A DNA stretch of 64,000 nucleotides, taken from contig NC_047015.1 of the NCBI RefSeq assembly GCF_902652985.1, positions 35,030,001 to 35,094,000 of the forward strand, given 5' to 3'. Both the position numbers and the translations under genes were made by a program. The notes beneath the pieces are model-generated. The model saw only the letters and a program-made list of their open reading frames with translations, had not been told where the DNA came from and did not search any database. The DNA is from Pecten maximus (Eukaryota). Shown here piece after piece: positions 41,601-53,600 of the stretch; the first letter of the stretch is position 1; each line of letters begins with the position of its first letter.

Positions 41601-44600
41601 TTGCAGGCCCAGCTGACTGAACATGTTGTACACAGGATTATTAGACCTCCTAGCAGAGTGAGTAATTTACTTCGGAACAAAAACTGTAATCAATAATCGA
41701 TATACATAATGTATCATATGAAACGAAGCTACCAGGTATAAGAAAATTTCATTATACAGATTATACATGTTATACGTAATGTGACAGATTATACATGTTA
41801 TACGTAATGTGACAGATTATACATAATATACGTAATGTGACAGATTATACATAATATACGTAATGTGACAGATTATACATGTTATACGTAATGTGACAGA
41901 TTATACGTAATATACGTAATGTGACAGATTATACATAATATACGTAATGTGACAGATTATACATAATATACGTAATGTGACAGATTATACATAATATACG
42001 TAATGTGACAGATTATACGTAATGTGACAGATTATACATAATATACGTAATGTGACAGATTATACGTAATATACGTAATGTGACAGATTATACGTAATAT
42101 ACGTAATGTGACAGATTATACATGTTATACGTAATGTGACAGATTATACGTAATGTGACAGATTATACGTAATGTGACAGATTATACATAATATACGTAA
42201 TATGTTTCAGACGGAGGGCCACACAGATAACAGGAGTGAGACCAGTCAGGGTACTGTGGTTCCGGACGGAAAGTTCTCCATGATGGAGTTTGCTCTCCTT
42301 CACTTCCGCGAATCAATGCAGAAGTATGTATACTCAAAGGCAGTCTGTCATACATTGAGCCAGTCTCATCCATTTAATAGATCAATTTCATATTTATGCA
42401 TTGTTTTCAATTATTATTTTTTTATTAACGTAAGCACAAGGTAAACTTTAATTGAAGATTTCAACTACATATGTATATGGAAATTGTGTGTCCATAGACA
42501 TTAATTTTCAACATTTGAAATTTCAGCTATAAATCTTTAAGTGTTATTAATTAGAATATTAATTGTCAATTAAGTGTTATTGATTTGAATATTAATTGTC
42601 AACAATGGTGACTGGGTTTGATTTACCTGTGTTCTGGGTTGATATACCACTGATAACCATGTCAACAAACAAACAAGGGAGGTAATTCAAACAGGTAATT
42701 TACTCGAAAATGTGAATATAATCGCTTTACATCCTAAAAAAGCTAAGTTAATTAATATCATAGGGTAAATCTTAGTGATTATTTCTTAAAACATTATATT
42801 ACAGCTTTTTGAGGACATATCAATATGTGAGGGTAGAAATTTATCATTATCAATTTCATTACCTTTCTATTGCCAAGTTCTTTTCTTATGTTGACTGAAA
42901 AGATTTGAAATGTTTGCTTCTTTTATCAAATCATGGTTGTATAAAAAAAATCTTTTACAGGCGAGAGCTAAGTAAACCGTATAAACAAGGTAATAAAACG
43001 AAAGGTCTATTTTAAAGGTTAGGGGTCAGTGTCAGAGATTGACCCCAGTGACCTATGACCTTTGTTTGCTGCACCAAACCTCTATATTTTAAACTGTACT
43101 TTTTACTGCTGTACCTAGCATGCTTTATGTATACTGCATTCCTGCTGATGGAGATAGACTGCGCAGTGCTGGGGAGAATATGCTATCAGTTCAGATTTAT
43201 TCTGGTTTAACTGCATGGTACAGGTATGATTTAATGATGGCTGGTAATTTATTTGAAAATGAGACAAAATATCCTTTTTTTGAACGACGCATTTTCATTA
43301 ATACTATTTTCGTGATAGTGAAAAGATAGTTTTGTCAGTGTTTTATAGAAAAAACTTTTCCCCCAAAATTTCAAGTTAATAACACTACAATTTTTTTTTA
43401 GTTTAAACTTGATCTCTAAACCATCACATCCTTTGTCCATTAAAAAAAACTTTGTGAATTGTTATCAATGCTCCTAGTTTTACTGAAGTTTGTTGATCAT
43501 TTTCTGCCATCATTGAATTAACCTGACCAAAAGGTCATGCATGATATTATTCCAGAGCCTTGCGTTATGTCTAATTTAGTTAGACATTCATCTGTCATTG
43601 TTGTGATTTGAACCAAACAGAACCCAATTTTACTACTTGTTGAACTTTTATTCAAATTTAAAAAAAAAAAAAAAAACAGATTATGTAGTGATAACACCTG
43701 GCATTGCCGTTTTTCTTTCAAACAAATCATGTAGTTATGTCAGTGGTTTCTGTTTGTGTCCACATCAGTCATTTTATAATCCTTCCATTCATTTCTCCAG
43801 TACATGTATACGTCTGTATACATCGCACCGGTGTCTTTTTCTTTTGTTTCCATGTTAACATGTTGTTATGCCTGTCGTCTGTTTATTTCAAGGTTTGAAA
43901 CTGAAAGAGGAGACGACGGTTCAATACGAGGAACAGTCAAACATATAGAGAGCATCAAGCTTCGTAATCTGGACCAGCAAAAACTGCACCGCAGAGGTGA
44001 CGGTCGCTAAGCTTCGCCCCACGTATAATGGCTCTGATCATGGAATATTCCTACAGAATTCTGATATCTTGATTCCATGATCATAGACATTGTGTCTCCC
44101 TTAACTCATCAACTAATATCCCATAACTAAGCTCTCTTATACTTATATTCTCCCAATTATACAACTAGACTAACATTGCAATAAGCTCTGGCCCCAAACA
44201 TTTGGCTCCATCCACTAACTAAAGGTCCAAACACTTGGCTCCACCCACTAACGTTCCCAAACACTTGGCTCCGCCCACTAACGTTCCCAAACACTTGGCT
44301 CCGCCCATTAAAGGTCCAAACACTTGGCTCCGCCCACTAACAGTTCCTTACAATTGGCCCTGCCCACTGATATATTAATGGACCTATGCACTCTGAAGTT
44401 CCACATACTTACAGTGACCTTCACATTTGATGGAGGGTAGTATCTCACACCACATACTTACAGTGACCTTCACATTTGATGGAGGGTAGTATCTCACACC
44501 ACTTACTTACAGTGACCTTCACATTTGATGGAGGGTAGTATCTCACACCACATACTTACAGTGACCTTCACATTTGATGGAGGGTAGTATCTCACACCAC

Positions 44601-47600
44601 TTACTTACAGTGACCTTCACATTTGATGGAGGGTAGTATCTCACAACATAAAATATTCAAAAGTAAATATGACTTGGAACACTCACAGACTCATGAAAAA
44701 GTCGAGACAATTGAGATAAATATGGTATGTTTTCATTGGAAAGGAAATTTGTTTTAAAACAATTGTTAAAAATAAAACAATTCCATTCATACTAAGACAG
44801 AAAATATTTAAAGAAGCATTTTAAATTAAATTTTGACTAAAAATGCCTTTCCAGAAACAAGAAGTAGTGTTTAGTTCAGTCTAAACCTATATTGTCTAGA
44901 TATAAAGAAATATAGGCATTATAACTTGTCAGTATTTCTGATTTTCAGGAATTCAGTTTTAAATACTTTTTCCATAATATTTAATTTTGTCCTGAACAAG
45001 CCTAGATTTGATGTAAATATCACTGTTGTGTTGTGGTTGTACTAACATTTGCTTGCTTTGGTGTTGTACTAATACATATACCACTTAACCCTGGTACATC
45101 TGGTTATCTTTTCTTTGTGTCGTACATAGAACAGATTTAATGAGCGCCATGTCGTTAATAGTTACCATAAAACTCTTAGATTACGGTGTTATACTTATTC
45201 TGATTTTAAGATAAATAACATGTCATTATGGTATTTGGGTGGATTTTACTTTTAGTTTCTTACATCCTGTTCTGGCAGATGATAACATAAATTGATGGTT
45301 TTAGACAAAATAGATTGGTTGCTAACAAATGGCATGAGATATTCTGTGATGTAGAAATACCATGCAAGATAATGATTATAAATTGCTCCATTATTGAAGA
45401 AATTTAAAGAAAAAAAAAAGTTTAAAAAAAAGGACCCATTTTATAGGTCCAAATTTAGATATTTTAGATCAGCCCATATTGTTTTCTTGTGATTGTAAAA
45501 TTTCTCCAGATAATTTTATTGTGTTTGAATAAATAAAAAATAGATGCTAAATATAGTTACTTAAAGAGGCTTACCCGCAGACGGACCGGTAAACGGCACA
45601 TCTCCGATCACTAAATAAACTTCAGTACACGTTTCTATGTGACAAAATTAGAGGCTTTCCAACTTTATTTCTTGAAAACAATTACAGAATATGTATTTAA
45701 AAGACGTTTTAAAACTCAACCTGAGAGGGAAATGTATGGAATATAACGGCAAATCTTCTTTGTAAATCGCTGCTGCCTTTGAAGTTATCACTGTGCGGCA
45801 CTGTGCACGTGCTTGTTTCTTTGATGTGTCAATCAAATTAGACTTATTGCGGGTTGCGATTAAATAAAAAATATTTAAAAATGAGGTTTTAATATCACTT
45901 TTCAGCTTTTTATAAGGAAAATAAAATGAAAAACTCAACAATTCCAACAATCTGTCATGTGTAAAAAATCTTTTTCTATTAGCCATTTTTTCTGATCTCT
46001 CTGCGGGCAAGCCTCTTTAAGGATTTCTGATATAGATAATACCCAGCATACTAAAACAATACATAGAGCACAATAACAAATATCTATATTGTGGTTTCAA
46101 CGCCCTATAAGGAATTCCCTTTTTGAACAATTTTAACACGATCATTAAAATTGATCTCGCTAGGGAGATTCTTCATGTTTGTACACTTGGCCGATAACTG
46201 AGATCTGATGTTACAGGTTCCGGTGAATGGTCATGGAAGGAGCAAGCTGATATGGTCAAGTGGACACGGGTGAGTGAGAAACACTGTAAAACAATAAACT
46301 AACAATAAATTGATAAAACGTAATTGTCTAAAATAAAATAAAGGCTATACTTTTGTTTTGTTCTGTCCATTTCAAACCACGTTACACAGTGGACCAGGGT
46401 TAGGAAAAACACAATGGTTTTTCTTTAAACTATATTCAAGAAGACTTTTTTTTCTCCTTTTTACCACACTATGTTTTTATATACCAGGGGTACCTGTTGA
46501 AGTTTGATGGGCTCATTATTGTGTAGCGTCTGAGTCCATCCAGTTAAAAGTTTCCTCGGTGGTCTACAGCTCAGTCAGATCCTGTTATTGTCCATATTTT
46601 TGGATGGATGTTTATGTGGGTTCTAATAAGGACAATGTGGATTTAATTTTGGAAAACAATTTCTACTTTTTGAAATTTGGACATGTTTGGTGCAATATCA
46701 ATTTAAATATTGGTTATGATTTTTTTTAATTATTATTTCTTACCCATTTTGGACTTTACTTTTTTAGGACAATTATTACTAGGTATAATAATACATTAAG
46801 TATCAAACGAACAAATCAAATCACCGAATATGGTGTATTAGGCATCCATTTGTAGTGCTCGCGTTCAAACAGTTATTTAAGATTGAAGTTGTTTGGAAAT
46901 TTATTATTTCAAAATTGGTGTCTACACTTTGTTTCTTAAAAACTGCACAGTATTTCTTAAGTGTTGACAAACACCAACATATGTAAGAAAAAAATTTAAA
47001 AGGGAATCTCAAAAAGATGAGAGGCAGAATGATAGAAATCAGTAAAACAAATCAAGACTTTTTTTTTCATGTAAATTTATTCTTTTTCCCCATGGTTTAC
47101 AATTGTTCATGATGTTCATGCCATTTTGATGAAGTATAGGCACTTACAAATAGGTGTTTTATCGGGATCTATGTGTGTTTGAAATAAAGCTGTTAAAAAT
47201 TCAAAATTCAGTATAAAATTACATTTTTGTTAATTTCTTTGATCATTTTGCATGTATGAAAATTTCACAAAAGTCATAACAAGGTGCATTCAAAATTGAT
47301 TTTTGATTTATTCAACATTTCCAAGAACTCCATATCCTAGTTTTACCAAGGTCTAATTAATTTCTAATTTTATTTTAGATGATTTCTTAAATAATCAAAT
47401 CATAAAACTGTTGTTTTAAGTTTGTTTATATTTTTGTTCCAGTCACCCATTCAATCATCACTCCTGAAGTTACAGACAGCGGAGTTCAATAAGCTAGCTT
47501 TGGAGTGTTTCCTCTGTAAGTGTTTATAAGGATGGAAAATATTAGGAATTATCGGAAAATGTAGCATTACCTCAATATGATTAGATTTTCGTTTTCTTTC

Positions 47601-50600
47601 TTTAAAGCAAATGCTCAAATCTTAGTGGTCAATGTTTTCTTAAGAGGTGTTCTCCCTTCTTTTCAGTGTCAACATCAAAAGATGACATTTCACAGTTTAC
47701 TTCTCTGCTCTACCTTTGACCTTGACATTTTCCTCTATTGTTTGACTGTTACCTGCAATGTTTTAACTGTTATACTTCGTTTGATTTCACAGGTGTGATG
47801 AAGTTTATGGGAGATTATCCTATGGGCTCCAACCAATCAGAGTATGACTGCGTTCTCAAAGTTCTCAGGGTAGGTAACTCTCTGAATTATTGCTAACACA
47901 ACAGAATTTCAATCACCTGTCTGAGATTGAATTATAGAATGATTCTTATCAAGAAACATGAAAAATGATATGATATGAAGAATTATTTCATTTTCTTTAC
48001 AAGGAAATTTATTAAAAATGATACAAATTGCTGATATTAAAATGTTCCTGTTACAGTCGTGTCACAAACATCCGGAGATGAGGGATGAAATCTACTGCCA
48101 GCTTTGTAAGCAGACGACGAGTAACAGAAGTATGAAGCCGTAAGTATCAGTAGGACAAATCATTCTCGTCACCTAAACCCTGACTGATGCAGAGGGGAAC
48201 AAGTGGTATAATTACACTTATTATACACATATATGTATAGGTACATTGTGGTTACCATGCTTTACATTCCTATACCTTTAGTTACCACTGGTAACCATAG
48301 GTACCATACAGGTAACCTTTGGGTTTATATTTGTGTAATTTGTTTTTATTACCATTTCAGGAAAAGCTGCATAATGGGTTGGAGGTTGTTTTCAATCATT
48401 GCCTGTTATTGTGACTGCTCAGAAAGCTTAAGACCATATTTGTTCAAATATCTGGAAACAACGGCATCAGATTCTTCTAGAACATTCAGTGGAGCTGCAT
48501 CAATATGTCTGCAGAATCTTAGAAAGACCTTCAAATATGGAGGACGAAAGAATGTTCCACTGAAGGCAGAGATTTCAGCCTTAGCGGTAATTTGAAAGAA
48601 AAAACAACCAAAAATGGTTAAATTGCCAACATTTGCAACAATAAATGTTTTTATTTTGATGAGGAGTTTTGTGATTATAAGTCAAGGAAAAGAACAGTAT
48701 TAAGGTTGGAGGTAAACGTATTAGTCAGGTGACAGAAGAAGTGAAGTATGTCTCGGGGATTTAGATATTGTTTGGTTTTGAAATGATGCCATACAACAAT
48801 GGAATCAATATCTGTGTTACATAACTCATCAGTACAGGTGATATTTGAATTTAATAAGGTACTTTGACCAATGTTCATAATCTTGATGGCCTTCACCTTG
48901 AATCTAACCTTGACCATGATTTGATATATTTTAATGTATTTGTCATTTACAGGATGGACGGGTGTCGAAGAGGTACTCGTTTATCTACAGCGGTTCTGAG
49001 CGTGAGGGTATGCTCCAAGTTCGACCATCTCTCGTAAGTTAATGTACAATGTTGTTCCTTATGTTTTCTCAGTAATCATTATAGCCTCATATGTCCAGTA
49101 ACCATCAAACAAATTCTCCGCCGCCCACGATCACCTCCACATGTGATTGAGGTTCAATTATAACGTTTGTTGATTAAACATTTATAGATAGATTTATATT
49201 GAGATAGATGGTCAGCAGTTTGCCAAGCTAAATAAAATACAGGTGAATGTCTGTACAGATAAACTAATTAACAGGTGTATTCTATGTACAGATAAACTAA
49301 TTAACAGGTGTATTCTATGTACAGATAAACTCATTAACAGGTGTATTCTATGTACAGATAAACTAATTAACAGGTGTATTCTATGTACAGATAAACTCAT
49401 TAACAGGTGTATTCTATGTACAGATAAACTAATTAACAGGTGTATTCTATGGTAGCAGTGTACAGTAAAAATGCCAAATTCTGAAAAATATGGCACATGC
49501 TTTAGATATGTAAACATTGCCAGTTAACCTTACATATAACCTCTAATAAAGTATATATATTTGAAATCTGTACAACATTTGCAATTTTAATAGAGCTCTG
49601 AAGGATAAGTAAACTGATATTTTCTGTGATTTTTAGAGCTGTGAATACCATGGTAACAGCTTAAAAAATTCTCAAAAATTGCAAAATATTATGATATTTG
49701 ACCCAAAATGGCACAATTCTCTACACAATTTTTTTTCTGAAACCTATTTAAAATTAAATATCTCTATCCCAAAGACAGAATTAATCTTGTTTGGACATAT
49801 GTTGTAAATTAAGTTTTTACGCTATCTTACCTTTTCTGTGGGCTTCCATTTTGCGCTGTAGGCCAAACTAAATTTCCTGTGTAAACACACGTTCGGAAAA
49901 TCCGGATATTTAAAATCCGGAACCAATTTATTGATTTTTGTTTTGATAAATGTGAAGCCTGTATGTACTACTTCATACTGGATATACCAATTATAGTGTA
50001 CATTTATTTTTTCATTTTTTATACATATCATAATACAGGAGTTATTTGCTTAACAAAAAAATTGCCCATGGCCAGGCTGTCTTACTGTGGTGTGCTACCT
50101 TATACATCACTTTTGTTAATTCTAATTTTACTAAAAAGCCCATGAATGTCTAGAATATGTTCCGACGAACAAAATGACATATCGGGTTACTGTGTATCTT
50201 TAATAGTCACCGAGTATTGCTGATTTCCCTGAGAGGTGTATTTTGACAACTTTTTCTCCCAATCCAGTAATAAGGGGAGGTAATTTTAAAGATGAAAACT
50301 CCCATAATTCTGTATATCTCTTGAATAAAGTTGTGTTTTGAGTTGAATGTGGTACTTTGAGTCTCTGTGCATGTAATCAAGCAAAAAATACTGTACAACT
50401 ATCAAATTTAGCCTTGTAATATGACGTCATAGTTACCATGACGTCATCAGTAACTATGACGTCATCAGATGGTATCTATGACGTCATAAATACTCAATGG
50501 TGTCATAATAAATAACCAAATTCCTTTCCAAACCTCAGCTTATAATTAGCAACACATGCAATATTCTAACTGATAAATCATGACATGACATCCAAGATTT

Positions 50601-53600
50601 CAAAATGTCATGCCTATGACATCACAGTCATCTGTTTCCACCCCGGTAATTCAGATATGTACCAATGATCATATGAAAGTGTCCGCTGATCCCATTTTAT
50701 GCAGAAAATGCTATTTTTTCTGCTTTACCGAAGGAAGTGACAATAATTGACAATATTGTATCAACCGTACACTCCATCAATTGAAATTACATGCTTACCA
50801 ATGTATAAATAAATTGAAAATAATGGTTTCACCAAATATTTCAAAAAATAACACTTACTGTAATAGTTTCCATGGATACGGGGTAATAAATCAGGTAAAA
50901 CAAACCAGAATTCAGTCTATATGGTTTGTTAGATACCCAATAAGTTATTTTGGGTTTGTTATAAAACATAGAATATCTTTTCAATTTACACTGACTCATT
51001 AACATTATGCTTAATTAACCCACCCTTAAAATGGGTAAATATGCGAGTTACCTCCCTTGATTCCTCTAATATGACAAGCCTGATAATAAACAAGTTTTAA
51101 ATTGTTTTTATGCATTTTTGAGCAATAATGAACTAAAATGAAGCTTAATCAAGCATAATTAAGCACAATTTCCAAAAAATAACATTTTTCAGCCCTTATA
51201 AGGTAGCAGTGTACAGTAAAAATGCCAAATTCTGAAAAATATGGCACATGCTTTAGATATGTAAACATTGCCAGTTAACCTTACATATAACCTCTAATAA
51301 AGTATATATATTTGAAATCTGTACAACATTTGCAATTTTAATAGAGCTCTGAAGGATAAGTAAACTGATATTTTCTGTGATTTTTAGAGCTGTGAATACC
51401 ATGGTAACAGCTTAAAAAATTCTCAAAAATTGCAAAATATTATGATATTTGACCCAAAATGGCACAATTCTCTACACAATTTTTTTTCTGAAACCTATTT
51501 AAAATTAAATATCTCTATCCCAAAGACAGAATTAATCTTGTTTGGACATATGTTGTAAATTAAGTTTTTACGCTATCTTACCTTTTCTGTGGGCTTCCAT
51601 TTTGCGCTGTAGGCCAAACTTAATTTCCTGTGTAAACACACGTTCGGAAAATCCGGATATTTAAAATCCGGAACCAATTTATTGATTTTTGTTTTGATAA
51701 ATGTGAAGCCTGTATGTACTACTTCATACTGGATATACCAATTATAGTGTACATTTATTTTTTCATTTTTTATACATATCATAATACAGGAGTTATTTGC
51801 TTAACAAAAAAATTGCCCATGGCCAGGCTGTCTTACTGTGGTGTGCTACCTATGTACAGATAAACTCATTAACAGGTTTATTCTATGTACAGATAAACTC
51901 ATTAACAGGTGTATTCTATGTACAGATAAACTAATTAACCGGTATATTCTATGTACAGATAAACTCAATAACAAGTACATTCTATGCACAGATAAACTTA
52001 TTAAAAGGTTTATTCTACATATAAATTGATTAACACCTATTTTTTTATTCAGGTTGTAAAGGATGCCATTGAGGAGATTTGTAATCGACTCGACATTTTT
52101 GATCCAGTGGAAATGGAAGAATATACTTTGTTCCTGAGAACTAGTAAGTTTATGTCTGAATCAAGCAAGGTTATTTTCAAACTCTACACTAGTTGAACAT
52201 GTTAGCTGAAGTAGGAAGTACACAATTACATAATATCATTCCTTAAAGCTTCTAATAAGTACAGCCTCACATCAGCTAAGTGAGTTTTACTCACTCTCAT
52301 TGTACTTGTGAGTTTGTTATAGCTCTCATTGCTGCTGTAAACCGGTAACCTTGACCTTGAACCTGTAACCTTGACCTTTACAGATGATGATCACTACAGC
52401 CGACTTAAGTCGGAGGAATACATCCTGGACGTGACTTCAGAGTTTATCCGTGGAAACAAGGACTACCAACTGGTGTTCCAACGGACTGTTTGGTTCTTCC
52501 CATTCCGGGACACGGACAACATTATATACAATGAATTAATGTTCTTCCAGGTAACCACATTATGATTGTACAGGGCAATTGTTGGGGTTTGTGGTAGATT
52601 TTTGGAAACCCAAATCCATCACTTTTCCTGACCAAATGAAAGAGATAAAAACAAATTTAAATTGAAAACAAAAAAGTATTTTAAAAGGTTAATACCATAT
52701 TGTTTTTGAAAAAAAAAGAAGATTAAATCAAGAATTTTGAAAGTTGTCCTTTATCTTCTAAAACTGAACAGTAAAATAACTTGTGTTGACAGTGTCTGCC
52801 TGACTACCTAGAGGGACTCATGATAACGTTACAGAGTGGCCGTCTGTCCAGACAAGAGGAGGTAAGTGACTTGGACATTTAAATATAACATATATATTGG
52901 AATTTTTAACAATTTCAACAAATTTTATTTCAAAAAGGAAAAAGGATCAAACATATAAATTAGAAAGCATATGTTACCAGGTTCAGGGCCAAACTTTCAT
53001 ACAGCATTAAAATGACTTTTTAACAATTGATTATATAATATCTACATTTTGTTTTGTAATGCCAACAGAACACAGACTATAGCCGATGAGACAGATTCTA
53101 GTGATAGGTAGTCATATGACCAGTTACTAACTAATTTCATTTTACAGGACGACCTCCCCTCGCTTGGTGCTCTCCTGTTTAAGGCTTTTGACAGAGTGGG
53201 CACACCAACCATGTAAGTCAGAAAAATACTTTGTTGAACTATTTAAGCAATGAGTGATGGTCACTGGATCGAGGATATTTCAAATTTAGTGGATGTTTGA
53301 AAAACAGAAAAGTCATTTGACAGACCCTGTACACATCCTTTGGTTAAATTACTGTTCACATTGGACAAGTGGTCACTATAGGAAGGTGATCAATTAAAAT
53401 GAGTAGTCACAATGACAGGCAATCAGTATCGACAGGTGGTTATTATCAATAGGTGGTTAATATAGACAGGTGGTTATTATCAACAGTTAGTCAATATAGA
53501 CAGGTGGTTATTATCAATAGGTGGTTATTATCAATAGGTGGTTAATATAGACAGGTGGTTATTATCAATAGGTGGTTAATATAGACAGGTGGTTACTATC

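Noticed and set aside
49451-51850. LTR retrotransposon or TRIM interpretation
   Set aside because: The ends are GG...CC with TIRs rather than TG...CA, no PBS or PPT is evident, and the target duplication is only 3-4 bp.
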